NCBI GenBank assembly: GCA_963833095.1
Contig: CAWHWQ010000001.1
Location: 608,001 to 672,000, forward strand
Origin: Vulcanimicrobiota bacterium
GTDB taxonomy: Bacteria; Vulcanimicrobiota; Vulcanimicrobiia; Vulcanimicrobiales; Vulcanimicrobiaceae
Direction of reading: 5' to 3'
Length of the DNA stretch: 64,000 nt
Under the pieces are notes generated by a model. That model was not told the origin of the DNA, made no database searches, and saw nothing but the letters and a program-made list of their open reading frames with translations. Below are positions 21,134 to 31,329 of the stretch, piece by piece; position 1 is the stretch's first letter, and each line of letters begins with the position of its first letter. The translations under genes were made by a program, and so were the position numbers.

Positions 21134-21457
21134 TTGGTTACGGTGCTTGTACGAAATTTCAAAGCCCGTGCCACACCCGCGAACGCGCCAAAATACTATG
21201 CGTTCTTTCGCGACACGCTGGCGCCGCAACTCAGACAAATACCCGGCCACCGGGGTGCACTCGTATTGAGTGAAGCCAACGGCCCAGCCGTCTCGATCAC
21301 TGTTTTCACATTTTGGGAATCGATCGAATCGATCCGCGCGTTCGCCGGCGATACGCCGAACAAAGCGGTGGTCGAGCCAGAAGCGCGCGCTATCCTCGCC
21401 TCATTTGACGATGACGTCGAGCAACTCGTCGTCGAACTCGATACGACGCGCGATTAG
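21134..21457 (+). CDS. ABM-like dimeric alpha/beta barrel protein
   Basis: PGHRGA, TFWESIESIRAFAG, AVVEPEARAIL. Confidence 0.75.
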   Translation: MVTVLVRNFKARATPANAPKYYAFFRDTLAPQLRQIPGHRGALVLSEANGPAVSITVFTFWESIESIRAFAGDTPNKAVVEPEARAILASFDDDVEQLVVELDTTRD

Positions 21458-21467
21458 GCGCTATCGT

Positions 21468-22892
21468 TCAGGGGGCAAGCACCGGAGACGGACGCGTACC
21501 GAGCCACGACGCTAGGTCGGTTTTCGTCGTGACATAGGCGCCGCTGTTGAGCTCTTCGCGGAATTCGCCGAAAAGCCCAAAGGCTTCCGCGAATGCATCA
21601 TGCTTGTGGATCGATTCGTAGTTGACCTGACTCGCGAAGACGAACGTGTCGTCGGGCAGATCGGCGTACATGTCGAGCGAGCGCGCAAGAATTCCGCGCA
21701 CCACGTCTTCGACGAACTTCGGATTGTGATGCGCCTTGTTGACGATGAAGAACTCGTCGGGGCGCTTTAGCAAGTCGTAGGTCTCGCTCGACATCGAACC
21801 CTCAACGATCTCGACCAAATCCTCGGCACGCACGACATCGGCAAAGCGCTCGTCGACACCGAGCAAAATCGCGCCGCGGCCACGTTGGTTGTGCGTGGCG
21901 ACCGGCAATGCATCCAGCGCGCGCTCCGCATCGGCTTCGGAGAAGCCGGATTCGATCAACTGATGCAGCGAGTGTTCGCGGACCATTTGCTGCGCGCACG
22001 GGCAGGCGGTCATGCCTTCGGCCTCGACGCCGACCACGCGACGGGTGCCGCGCTCGTCGGCGTGCGCGATGCCGACCAAGGTGTAGATCTCTTCGCCGCG
22101 CTTGCCCGAGACCGGCGTCCAGCGCTCGAGGCCGAAGTCGGCGCGCAACCGCACGTCGGCACGAATCGCGCGCTGGCTGCGCACGATCTCGCGGGCGATC
22201 GACTCGACCAGCCCTTCGATCCGCGCCGGCCCGGGCGAGGCAGCCAGCACGTCGAGCGTCGCCTCTTCTAAGATCTCCGAGAAACGCGACATATGCACGC
22301 CGGCTTTGTCGGGCGCGAGATCGGCGACCATCGTGAATTCGCCGTTGAAGACCCGCGGTTGTCCGTCGATCTCGAGCTGCACGATGCGCCGCACGTGCGA
22401 TACCCCCACACGGTTGAGGGAGAGGCGCACGTCGGGCAATTCTTCCTGACGATTGGCAACGAAGTGCAAACTGCGCGCGCGCCGGCGCGGCGCGGTGCTT
22501 CCGTTGCTCTGGACGAAGTGGGCGAACTGCGGTGCGATCTCAGCCAGCGGCACCGCGTTGTACGGGCGGTGCGCGAGCTTGGGATGGGTCCAGTCACCAA
22601 ACACGAGCAGGTCGATGTCGATGGGGCGCGCCTGCAGGCGCGCGTTGGAGATTCGGCCGACCGCAAGTTCGACCTCACGCGCGAGGCGTTCGAATTCGGG
22701 AAGATCAAGCTGCGTGTCGATCTGCGCCGCGACATTTAGAAAGGAGGGGCCGCCGGCGCCATCGGCCGGATCGCTCTCGTAGAACGATGAAACACGCTCG
22801 ATGCGCGCGAAAGCACGCAGGCGCTGCAGCGCAGCGAGGATGTTCGCTTGCCGGTCGCCGAGGTTCGAGCCGATCCCGATATAGACGTGCAC
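21468..22892 (-). CDS. folK-mptA: Fusion of FolK (HPPK) and MptA/FolE2-type GTP cyclohydrolase
   Basis: N-terminal YIGIGSNLGDR, FLN, RPIDIDLL, PLAEIAP; C-terminal GVHMSRF, GMTACPCAQ, THNQRG, LLKRPDE, PKFVED, ESIHKHDA. Confidence 0.9.
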   Translation of the reverse strand: MHVYIGIGSNLGDRQANILAALQRLRAFARIERVSSFYESDPADGAGGPSFLNVAAQIDTQLDLPEFERLAREVELAVGRISNARLQARPIDIDLLVFGDWTHPKLAHRPYNAVPLAEIAPQFAHFVQSNGSTAPRRRARSLHFVANRQEELPDVRLSLNRVGVSHVRRIVQLEIDGQPRVFNGEFTMVADLAPDKAGVHMSRFSEILEEATLDVLAASPGPARIEGLVESIAREIVRSQRAIRADVRLRADFGLERWTPVSGKRGEEIYTLVGIAHADERGTRRVVGVEAEGMTACPCAQQMVREHSLHQLIESGFSEADAERALDALPVATHNQRGRGAILLGVDERFADVVRAEDLVEIVEGSMSSETYDLLKRPDEFFIVNKAHHNPKFVEDVVRGILARSLDMYADLPDDTFVFASQVNYESIHKHDAFAEAFGLFGEFREELNSGAYVTTKTDLASWLGTRPSPVLAP

Positions 22893-22894
22893 GC

Positions 22895-23365
22895 TTACCG
22901 TTCTTGTAGCAGGGCCTCCGCCGTCGCACGCACCTGGTCGTCTTGCGAGTCGCCGACGATGACCTTCCGTAAGCGACCGTGGCGATCGAAGAAGAGTTGC
23001 GTCGGCCAGGCGTTGACGCCATACGCGTCCCACAGCGAGAACGTGTTATCGACGGCGACCGGCCAGACGATGCCTTGTTGTCGAAGGTTCTCCGTCACGT
23101 AGGCCCGTTGCTTCTCGGCCGGGGTCTCGGGCGTATGGATGCCGACGACCTCGAGCCCCTTGGGATGGTCGCTCGCGTAAAGCGAGCGAAGCGTGGGTAC
23201 GACATTGCGACAATTGAAGCAGTCGACGGTAAAAACGTCGAGGATCACGACCTTGCCGGCAAGCTCCGCGGCATTGACGCGAGCGCCGATCCAGTCCTTC
23301 GCAGCCAAAACCGGAGCAAGTGACGTCGTGGCGGCAAGGAGCACGAGTGCAGCAAGTTTGAACAT
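22895..23365 (-). CDS. Secreted redoxin (thioredoxin-fold) protein
   Basis: Signal peptide; CFNC, GIHTPE, AWPT. Confidence 0.88.
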   Translation of the reverse strand: MFKLAALVLLAATTSLAPVLAAKDWIGARVNAAELAGKVVILDVFTVDCFNCRNVVPTLRSLYASDHPKGLEVVGIHTPETPAEKQRAYVTENLRQQGIVWPVAVDNTFSLWDAYGVNAWPTQLFFDRHGRLRKVIVGDSQDDQVRATAEALLQER

Positions 23366-23414
23366 ATCTCAAGGTACGCCGCAACCGCGGCGGCGGATCA
23401 ATACTGGAGCCTGC

Positions 23415-24480
23415 GTGAGCAACGACTCAGTCTACCCCTTAGCCGTCGAACCCAAGGAGACCCCCGCCATTTGGGGCGGCGACGCTTTGGTCAAACGCTT
23501 CGGGAAAAAGGCCGATCCGAACGCGAAGATCGGCGAGTCGTGGGAGTGTTGGGACGAAAACCCCGTACTCAACGGTTCGCTGGCCGGTAAGACGATTGCC
23601 GCCTTGCGCGCGCAGCTTGGCGCGACGTTGCTCGGCGATCTCGATCCGCAGCAGATCTTTCCGATTCTCACCAAGATCATCGACGCGCAAGACGCGCTCT
23701 CGGTGCAGGTGCATCCCGACGACGCCTATGCGCAGCGCGTGGAACATCAGCACAACGGCAAGACCGAGTGCTGGTACATTCTCGCGGCGAACGACGGCGC
23801 CGAACTCGTATACGGCTGGACGCGCGACACGACGCGCGAGGAGTACGAACGCCGCGTGGCCGACGGAACACTGGGCGACATTTTGCGCCGCGTGCCGGTC
23901 AAAGCGGGCGAGACGTATTATCTTGCCGGCCGGAACGCTGCACGCGATCGGCGCAGGCATCATCCTGTTCGAAACGCAGCAGGCCAGCGACTTGACTTAT
24001 CGCATCTTCGATTGGAATCGCGTCGGTGCCGACGGCAAGCCGCGCGAACTGCACGTCAAGAAGGCCGCGGATGTTCTTGACTATCACCAGGGCACGCACG
24101 CTGCCGCCGAAACGATTGCCTATCACTATGAAGGGCTCGAGCGCACGGCGCTGATCGGAAGCAGTCGCTTCATCGTGGAGCGCGTCGTCGCGACCGACGA
24201 GGCGGCCTCACTGGAGACCTCGGGACGCCCGGCGATCCTGATGACGCTCGATCACCCGATGACCCTGCGTGTAGGGGACGCAGCGCTCGATCTCGACCGC
24301 TATCAAACAGCGCTCGTGCCGGCGGCAGCGCAGTGGTACACAGTCTCGGCGGTCAACGGCCGCGAAGCGCCGTTTATGCTCGTCGCGCCACCCAAGAGCA
24401 CCGAGACTATGACGGTGCGGCTTCTCGCGGCCGGCATAGAACAAGACCGCATCGATCGCTTCATGGCGCAATTCACATGA
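23415..24480 (+). CDS. manA: Class I mannose-6-phosphate isomerase, one frameshift near 23923
   Basis: IWGG, GESWE, LSVQVHPDD, KTECWY, then in the shifted frame PAGTLHAIG, ETQQASDLTYRIFDWNR. Confidence 0.88.
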
Positions 24481-25661
24481 TGACGATCGCCGGTGAGCGC
24501 GTCGATGCGCTGGCCGAACGCTTCGGCACGCCGCTGCTCGCAGTCGATCTCGACGTGCTCGATAGGGCCCTCGATGCGATGCTGGCTGCAGCATCGCCGC
24601 ACGACATTGCGATCTCGTACGCAGCGAAGGCCCTCTTACTACCGGGGCTTGTTCTTCATTTGCACGATCGCCCAATCGGCATCGACGTGTGTTCGATCGG
24701 CGAACTCGCGGTCGCGGAACACGCCGGCTTTGAAGCGTGGCGCATGACGCTGCACGGCGCGGGCAAGACTCCTGAAGAACACGAGACGGCACTCGAGGGT
24801 CGCGTCGGCCGCATCGTGATCGACGGGATGGACGAGTTGCGCCGGTTCGTGGCGCGCGTGAACGGACGCAGCGCCGAGGTGCTGCTGCGTTTCAATACCG
24901 GCATCGAGGCGCACACCCACGATTTTATTCGCACGGCCGGCGATCGCAGCAAGTTCGGCTTCGCGCCGGGCGAAGCCGACGAGGCGTTCGCGCTGCTGCG
25001 CGAGCAACCGTCGCTACGCGTACGTGGCGTTCACGGGCATATCGGCTCGCAAATTTACGACGCGATGCCATACGTCGAGAACGCGCGGCGCTTAATCGAA
25101 CTGCTGCATCGCATGCGTGCAGCGGGATTTGCCGAGGCGAATATCATCATCATCGGCGGTGGCTTCGGCGTGCAGATGCGTCCGGATGCAAAGGATGAGG
25201 CCATCGATATCGCGGGGACGCTGGACGCAGTGGCAAGAATCGTTCCAACAGATATTCAAGTCGAAATCGAACCCGGACGCGCGCTGATCGCCGCAGCCGG
25301 GACGTCTATCTACCGTGTGATGGCGGTCAAGCGCTTCGAGGGGCGGCGCTTTGTGATCGTCGACGGCAGTATGGCCGACAATCCGCGCCCCGCGTTGTAT
25401 GGCGCGTATCATCATTTCGAAGCCGTCGAGCCGCGCACGCCGCTTGCACCGGCGATGGTCTGCGGCCGTTCGTGCGAAGCCGACGAACTCGGCGAAGCCA
25501 TGCTGCCCGAAGATCTAAGTGCCGGCGATCTCGTCGCGATGCGGACGACCGGCGCGTATACTTACAGCATGTCGAGCAACTACAATCGCTTCCCGCGCCC
25601 GCCGGTCATCGCCGTCGGCGCAGAGGAGCGGCAGATTTGGGCAAACCGAGAGACGCTCTAG
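24477..25661 (+). CDS. lysA: Diaminopimelate decarboxylase
   Basis: FGTPL, YAAKA, SKFG, HIGSQI, GGGFG, EPGR, CEAD, GAY...SNYN. Confidence 0.93.
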   Translation: MMTIAGERVDALAERFGTPLLAVDLDVLDRALDAMLAAASPHDIAISYAAKALLLPGLVLHLHDRPIGIDVCSIGELAVAEHAGFEAWRMTLHGAGKTPEEHETALEGRVGRIVIDGMDELRRFVARVNGRSAEVLLRFNTGIEAHTHDFIRTAGDRSKFGFAPGEADEAFALLREQPSLRVRGVHGHIGSQIYDAMPYVENARRLIELLHRMRAAGFAEANIIIIGGGFGVQMRPDAKDEAIDIAGTLDAVARIVPTDIQVEIEPGRALIAAAGTSIYRVMAVKRFEGRRFVIVDGSMADNPRPALYGAYHHFEAVEPRTPLAPAMVCGRSCEADELGEAMLPEDLSAGDLVAMRTTGAYTYSMSSNYNRFPRPPVIAVGAEERQIWANRETL

Positions 25662-25762
25662 AGCGAAAGCTAGGGCGCCACGCGCCACACAAGTGTGGTC
25701 GGCAAAATCGACTTGCACAACGCTTGCGGTGAGTGCCGCGGTTGCGAACGAGTTGAGAAGCT

Positions 25763-26032
25763 CTACTCCCACATCACTTCATCGACGTAGCAATATTTCC
25801 AATCTTCGCCGCGCTCGACCGAACGCATGATCGGATGGTGCGTGGACTGGAAGTGTTTGGTCGCGTGCTTGTGCAGCGAGGAGTCGCAGCACCCGACGTG
25901 GCCGCATTCTAGGCACTCGCGTAGATGGACCCAGGTCGAGCCGATCTTGAGGCACTCCTCGCAGCCGTTGGCGCTGGGTTTGACGTCGCGGACGGTCTGC
26001 GGATTCGCGTGAGAACAGGGGCCTTGGTCCAT
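25763..26032 (-). CDS. UBP-type zinc finger protein
   Basis: CEEC..WVHLRECLECGHVGCCDSS..KHATKH. Confidence 0.92.
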   Translation of the reverse strand: MDQGPCSHANPQTVRDVKPSANGCEECLKIGSTWVHLRECLECGHVGCCDSSLHKHATKHFQSTHHPIMRSVERGEDWKYCYVDEVMWE

Positions 26033-26041
26033 GGTATCCTC

Positions 26042-26542
26042 TCAGTGTGCCGAGGTGCTCGGCGCGCTATGCCACACGGTCCCGTCGACATATTTAACGT
26101 AGATGACGGTGCCGTTCATCGTGGAGTGCTGACCGGCATAGTAGAGGTCGAGGGCGTCGTCGATTTTGCCCTTGAACGGACGGCACTCCTTCTTCGTCCC
26201 ATCGATCGCGGCACCTGGCGAAAACATGCCTGAGATTGTCAGCTCGTCCGCACCGACGATATCACCGATCGCGTCGACATATGAAAAACGGAATTCGACT
26301 GCGGTGGCAGTTTGCCGCGAGACGTTGGTAAACGCAGCACACTCGTAGGGTGGGTCGAGCACCGTAGGCCGATAGCTGTTCGAGAAGACGCCGTTGTCGT
26401 AGTACTGCACGGTATTGAGCCCATAAATAGCATCGATCTGAATTCCCGACGCGGCGTTCTGCACCGCGACGCCGTGGAAGACGTCGAGCCGTTCGTAGAC
26501 ACGCGACGTCATGATCAGCGCCAGCAGCGGTTGCAGGATCAT
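26042..26542 (-). CDS. Hypothetical secreted beta-sandwich protein
   Basis: FTNVS..ATAVEFRF...YVKYVDGTVW; AAGGA RBS. Confidence 0.65.
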   Translation of the reverse strand: MILQPLLALIMTSRVYERLDVFHGVAVQNAASGIQIDAIYGLNTVQYYDNGVFSNSYRPTVLDPPYECAAFTNVSRQTATAVEFRFSYVDAIGDIVGADELTISGMFSPGAAIDGTKKECRPFKGKIDDALDLYYAGQHSTMNGTVIYVKYVDGTVWHSAPSTSAH

Positions 26543-26556
26543 GCTATCCTTTCCAT

Positions 26557-27495
26557 ATGTCGTATCCTATGCTCAGCCCGCTTCCCTACGCAGACTGGAC
26601 TCCGACGCTGACCACCTTGCACCTGATGAGCCAGATCGTCGGAAAGATTCGTCTGGGCCATGTGCCGTACCGCTCGCACTGGTGGAATGTGACGCTGCTA
26701 CCTACCGCTCGAGGACTCTCGACCGGCCGCATGCGCAAGGGCACGACGTTCTTCCAAATCGATTTCGATTTCGTCGATCATCACCTGGTGGTCAGCGCGA
26801 ATACCGCGCACGAGCCGGCGATCATCCCGTTGCGCGACGGCCTAAGCGTGGCCGAATTCTATGAAACGATCATGAAAGCGCTCGCCGCATTCGGGATTGA
26901 CGCGACGATCGTCGACAAGCCGTACGGCATGGGCGTGGATATCCCGTTCAGCGTCGATCGCGACCACGAATCGTACGATCGCGTGATGGTACGGCGCTGG
27001 TGGGAGATCATTCTGTGGAGCGCCGACGTCTTCGATCAATATGCCAGCGACTTCATCGGCAAGGAAAGCCCGGCGCACTTGTTCTGGCACAGCTTTGACC
27101 TTGCCATCGCGCGCTATTCCGGACGCCCAGCGAACAAACCGCCCAGCGACAACCCCGTCGAGCAAGAGGCCTATTCGCAAGAAGTGATCGCGGTCGGCTT
27201 TTGGCCCGGCGATCCCAACACGCCGGCCCCGACCTACTACACCTACACCGCGCCCGAACCGGCGGCACTCACCTCGATGCCGCTCGCGCCGGTGCAGGCG
27301 GCGTGGTTTCCATCGGGATCAGGACACATCGGCGCCCTTCCCTACGACACCGTGCGCACCGCAGCCGACCCTCGCGCGACGTTGCTCGAGTTCATGCACG
27401 CGGGATTCAACGCCGGGACAAAGGCCGCAAATTGGCCCGACTTCCCCAAGCACGTGCCGTACTGCGATACGCTCTATCGCGCCGACGTTAAATAA
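26557..27495 (+). CDS. DUF5996 family protein
   Basis: TLHLMSQIVGKIRL, HWW, HLFWHSFDLA, EAYSQE, GFWPG. Confidence 0.85.
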   Translation: MSYPMLSPLPYADWTPTLTTLHLMSQIVGKIRLGHVPYRSHWWNVTLLPTARGLSTGRMRKGTTFFQIDFDFVDHHLVVSANTAHEPAIIPLRDGLSVAEFYETIMKALAAFGIDATIVDKPYGMGVDIPFSVDRDHESYDRVMVRRWWEIILWSADVFDQYASDFIGKESPAHLFWHSFDLAIARYSGRPANKPPSDNPVEQEAYSQEVIAVGFWPGDPNTPAPTYYTYTAPEPAALTSMPLAPVQAAWFPSGSGHIGALPYDTVRTAADPRATLLEFMHAGFNAGTKAANWPDFPKHVPYCDTLYRADVK

Positions 27496-28303
27496 CGCCG
27501 CGCAGCCGGTCCTCGAAACGGCCGATCCGCTCGGGCGCGATCGCCACGTAGTTGGAGTATTCGAAATACTCTTCGTAGCGTAGATAGTCAAGCGTGTAGA
27601 GTCCGTCGCGCTTGAGGACGAAGACACGGTAGCCGCTTGATTCGAGCAGCATATAGGCTGCGCGTAGCGTATCGCCGGCGAGTTGCCAGGCGCGGTTGTA
27701 CTCAAACTGAATCACGCCGATCGAACGCGAGGCAATCGATTCGCGCGCTCCCCGCATCACCTGCAAATCGTAGCCTTCAGCGTCGATCTTGAGCAGATCG
27801 GCGCGGCTCCAGCCGGCCTCGCGCAGCGCAACATCAAGCATCGCGACGGTCACGGTGCGTGTCGTTCCACCCGTTCGCATGAAATCCGCAACCAGCGTGC
27901 TGCCGCGACCGGCATTCGGCTCCTCGAAAAATTCCATCGATCCAGGCGCGCTGCCCAGGGCGACGTTCGAAAGCACGATGCTTGAATCGGCGCCGAAACG
28001 GCGCTGCAATTTTTCGAATGCGCTGCGCGACGGCTCGAACGCCAGCGCCGCAAATGGACGCTCCGCCGAGCCCTCGCGCACCATCCCCAGCCAATCACCG
28101 ACGTTCGCACCCACGTCGATGAAGCGATCGCCGTAGGTTGCCACCCGTTGCACCAGCCAGCGCTCTCCCGTATCCAGGGCGTCGGGACTCTCAGCGAGAT
28201 GATATTTGATCACGCAACGGCACTGATTGCGCAAGGCAACGGCAAACCGCACCGCCTGCGGAGATTTTGCGGCCATACGCTGGAGGCGGTCCAAGAGGTT
28301 CAC
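27488..28303 (-). CDS. FkbM family methyltransferase
   Basis: DVGANVG, AFEP, LLKIDAEGYD; GTGA overlap with the upstream amidase. Confidence 0.9.
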   Translation of the reverse strand: MNLLDRLQRMAAKSPQAVRFAVALRNQCRCVIKYHLAESPDALDTGERWLVQRVATYGDRFIDVGANVGDWLGMVREGSAERPFAALAFEPSRSAFEKLQRRFGADSSIVLSNVALGSAPGSMEFFEEPNAGRGSTLVADFMRTGGTTRTVTVAMLDVALREAGWSRADLLKIDAEGYDLQVMRGARESIASRSIGVIQFEYNRAWQLAGDTLRAAYMLLESSGYRVFVLKRDGLYTLDYLRYEEYFEYSNYVAIAPERIGRFEDRLRGVI

Positions 28304-28878
28304 CGCCGGCACCGCGCGCGCAGTTCCTCTCCCGTGCGGCGAGCATCTTCTTCGGTCAGCGGTAACGGCGAAGGCGCTAAGCGCGCGATGTCCCAGCGCT
28401 CGTCGTGGCGGCTCGCGCCGAAGTAACCGTCTACAATCGCTGCCTCCGCGTGCGTCATCACGTGCGTCGCGTCGAGCGGAATGCCATAAGCATCGGCGAT
28501 TGTCGCGGCGATCGCGCATAAAGCGTCAATGGACTGCGGCATCAACGGAAATTCCCCGAAATCATTCGGCCGCGCCTCGCGCATCGCCATCACGGCGATA
28601 CCCGCTGCAAAGCTGTTTCGTCCAGCGGTATGCGCAGCATACGGATCGGTGCTTTGGCGAACGTCGTGCATGTTTGCGCGCAGGTCGTTCGTCTCAACCA
28701 CCAGGGGGACGCCGCCGGAGAATGCGACGCAATAGTGATAGGACGGATAGACCGTTTCGTAATCGCCCGCCGACCAATGTAAATAGATGCGCTCGAGCCG
28801 GCCCGACGCAAACTGCGGGCGCCACCCGTCAAGCGGCGCGTGGGGGAAGCGATCGTAGCGGGCGAAAGGAGCGGCCAT
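28300..28878 (-). CDS. N-acetylmuramoyl-L-alanine amidase (Amidase_2-like)
   Basis: IYLHWSAG, YHY, AHTAGRNS, MTHAE zinc-ligand pattern. Confidence 0.8.
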   Translation of the reverse strand: MAAPFARYDRFPHAPLDGWRPQFASGRLERIYLHWSAGDYETVYPSYHYCVAFSGGVPLVVETNDLRANMHDVRQSTDPYAAHTAGRNSFAAGIAVMAMREARPNDFGEFPLMPQSIDALCAIAATIADAYGIPLDATHVMTHAEAAIVDGYFGASRHDERWDIARLAPSPLPLTEEDARRTGEELRARCRR

Positions 28879-30187
28879 GCTCGCGCTTTTCGCGCTTCTT
28901 CTTCCCGCCCCGCTTTTCGAGGCGCCGACGTTACGCGGTGCGTACGTGAGCGCGTACGTGATCTCGGCGCAAACCGGCGCGGTACTTTACCAGCGCGATC
29001 CGGATGCGTCGATGATTCCCGCTTCGACGCTCAAGGTCTTGATCGGTTCGGCCGCGCTTGACGATCTCGGTACCGCGTTTGCGTTTACGACGACACTTGC
29101 AAGCGACGGCACCACCCTGTATTTACGCGGCGGGGGAGATCCGCTGCTCGAGGCCGACGACTTCAACGATGCGGCTCGAGCGCTTGACGCAGCTGGGCAA
29201 ACGCACTTTGACGCACTCGCCGGTGACATCGGCGACGCGCCCGCGTCACGCTACCCCGACGGGTGGCAAGTCGACGATCTCGCCTATTACTACGCCGCGC
29301 CGCCGAGCGCGCTGTCGATCGGCGAAAACACCGTGCGCATCGGCGTGCACCCGAGCGCGCCGGGCGTGGCGCCGACGCTCTCGATCTTTCCGGCAACGGC
29401 AATTACCGTCGTCAATGCCGCGACTACTGGTCCCGCGCAGTCGGACGACACGAGCGACGTGCGCGTGTCATGGGGCGAGCCCAACACGTTGATCGTCACC
29501 GGTAGCGTTCCCGCCGATGAGACCAACGACGAGCTCGACGCCGCCGTGCTTGATCCAGCGCACGTAACGCTCGCTCTTGCTCGTGAAGCGCTTATTCGCG
29601 GACGCGTGACGTTCGCGCGGCCACCGCGACTGGCGACGACACCGCCTGGCGCGCATGTGCTCTGGTTGCACCACTCACCTTCCCTCCCGGATCTGCTCCG
29701 CGCGATGTGGCAGCCCAGCGACAATCTCCTCGCCGAGTCGCTGCTCGACGCACTCGCTCCCACACGTGATGCCGCTATCGCGAGCGAGCGCGCCTGGCTG
29801 CAATCGATTGGGGTCGATCCCGCGACGACCACTCTCGCCGACGGGAGCGGGCTTTCCGCCTACGACCGCATCACCGCGCACGATCTTGTCACAATTCTCG
29901 CGCACGATTGGAACGGCCCCAATCGCACGGCCGTTCTCGGCGCGCTTCCCGTATCGGGTCAAAGCGGGACGCTGCAAAAAATCTTCACGGCTCCGCCGCT
30001 TGCAGGAGCTGTGATCGCGAAGACCGGCACGGTCAATCACACCCGCACGCTAGCCGGCTATCTGCAGACACCCCACGGCACGCTGATCTTCGCTTTGATG
30101 ATCAACAACTGGATGGACGATGGCCCGCACGCAACCGCGGATCTTCACGCGTTTGAATCAACTTTCTTGGAGGCATTTTTTGAATGA
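28877..30187 (+). CDS. dacB: D-alanyl-D-alanine carboxypeptidase/endopeptidase (PBP4, S13)
   Basis: PASTLK (SxxK), SDN, DGSGLS, AKTG. Confidence 0.92.
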   Translation: MLALFALLLPAPLFEAPTLRGAYVSAYVISAQTGAVLYQRDPDASMIPASTLKVLIGSAALDDLGTAFAFTTTLASDGTTLYLRGGGDPLLEADDFNDAARALDAAGQTHFDALAGDIGDAPASRYPDGWQVDDLAYYYAAPPSALSIGENTVRIGVHPSAPGVAPTLSIFPATAITVVNAATTGPAQSDDTSDVRVSWGEPNTLIVTGSVPADETNDELDAAVLDPAHVTLALAREALIRGRVTFARPPRLATTPPGAHVLWLHHSPSLPDLLRAMWQPSDNLLAESLLDALAPTRDAAIASERAWLQSIGVDPATTTLADGSGLSAYDRITAHDLVTILAHDWNGPNRTAVLGALPVSGQSGTLQKIFTAPPLAGAVIAKTGTVNHTRTLAGYLQTPHGTLIFALMINNWMDDGPHATADLHAFESTFLEAFFE

Positions 30188-31329
30188 GCCCATCGCTTCG
30201 TAAGGCGACGTCGATCGACGATTTGCGCACAGTCGCGCAGCGCCGCGTGCCGCGCGCGTTCTTTCAGTACGCCGATCACGGATCGTACACCCAGTCGACC
30301 CTACGCGCTAATCGCGACGATCTCGAAGCACTGCGCTTGCGGCAGCGTATCGGGATTGACATGGCCGAGCGCGATCTCTCGACCACGATCGCGGGCGAAG
30401 AGTCGTCACTGCCCTTCGCGCTTGCGCCGATCGGGCTATGCGGCATGCAGCACGGTGACGGCGAGATCCTCGCGTGTCGCGCAGCCCACGCGGCAGGCAT
30501 TCAATTTACCCTGAGCACGATGTCGATTTGCTCGATCGAAGACGTGGCCGAGGCGGTCGCGAAGCCGTTTTGGTTCCAGCTTTACGTTATGCGCGATCGC
30601 GGCTTCGTGCGCGACCTCATCGCGCGTGCTGCCGCCGCGAAGTGCAGCGCGCTCATGGTGACGATGGACTTAACCATGCTCGGACAGCGCCACTGCGACG
30701 TAAAGAACGGGCTCTCGGTGCCGCTCCAGGTTACCTTTCCAAATCTCCTCGATGTGGCAGGCAAACCTGCGTGGGCTCTCTCGATCTTGCGCGGCAAGCG
30801 CAAAACATTCGGTAATCTCGCCGGGCACATCAAGGGCATGAACGACGTCACCAGTCTTGCCACGTGGGTTTCCAGTCAGTTCGATCCGACGCTAAGCTGG
30901 CGGGATCTCGAATGGATCCGCGAGCTGTGGCCGGGACGCATCATCCTCAAAGGTGTGATGGACGCGGCGGACGCGCGGATTGCCGCAAAGACCGGCGCGA
31001 GTGCGATCGTCGTCTCAAATCACGGCGGACGTCAGCTCGACGGCGCCCCGTCGAGCATCTCTGCCCTCCCGGCGATCGTCGACGCGGTCGGCGGCGAGAT
31101 CGAGGTCATCGTCGACAGCGGCATTCGCACCGGGCAAGACGTACTACGCGCGCTTGCGCGCGGCGCGCGATCGACGTTGCTCGGCCGCGCGTACATTTAT
31201 GGTTTGGGTGCCGCGGGTCAAGCCGGCGTCACGCGGGCAATCGACATCATTCGTAACGAACTCGACATCTCGATGGGCTTGACGGCGACAACGAGCGTCC
31301 GGCACGTCGACCCGTCGATCATCGTCTAA
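30184..31329 (+). CDS. FMN-dependent alpha-hydroxy acid dehydrogenase (L-lactate dehydrogenase-like)
   Basis: WFQLY, LKG, SNHGGRQLD, DSGIR, GR. Confidence 0.93.
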   Translation: MSPSLRKATSIDDLRTVAQRRVPRAFFQYADHGSYTQSTLRANRDDLEALRLRQRIGIDMAERDLSTTIAGEESSLPFALAPIGLCGMQHGDGEILACRAAHAAGIQFTLSTMSICSIEDVAEAVAKPFWFQLYVMRDRGFVRDLIARAAAAKCSALMVTMDLTMLGQRHCDVKNGLSVPLQVTFPNLLDVAGKPAWALSILRGKRKTFGNLAGHIKGMNDVTSLATWVSSQFDPTLSWRDLEWIRELWPGRIILKGVMDAADARIAAKTGASAIVVSNHGGRQLDGAPSSISALPAIVDAVGGEIEVIVDSGIRTGQDVLRALARGARSTLLGRAYIYGLGAAGQAGVTRAIDIIRNELDISMGLTATTSVRHVDPSIIV

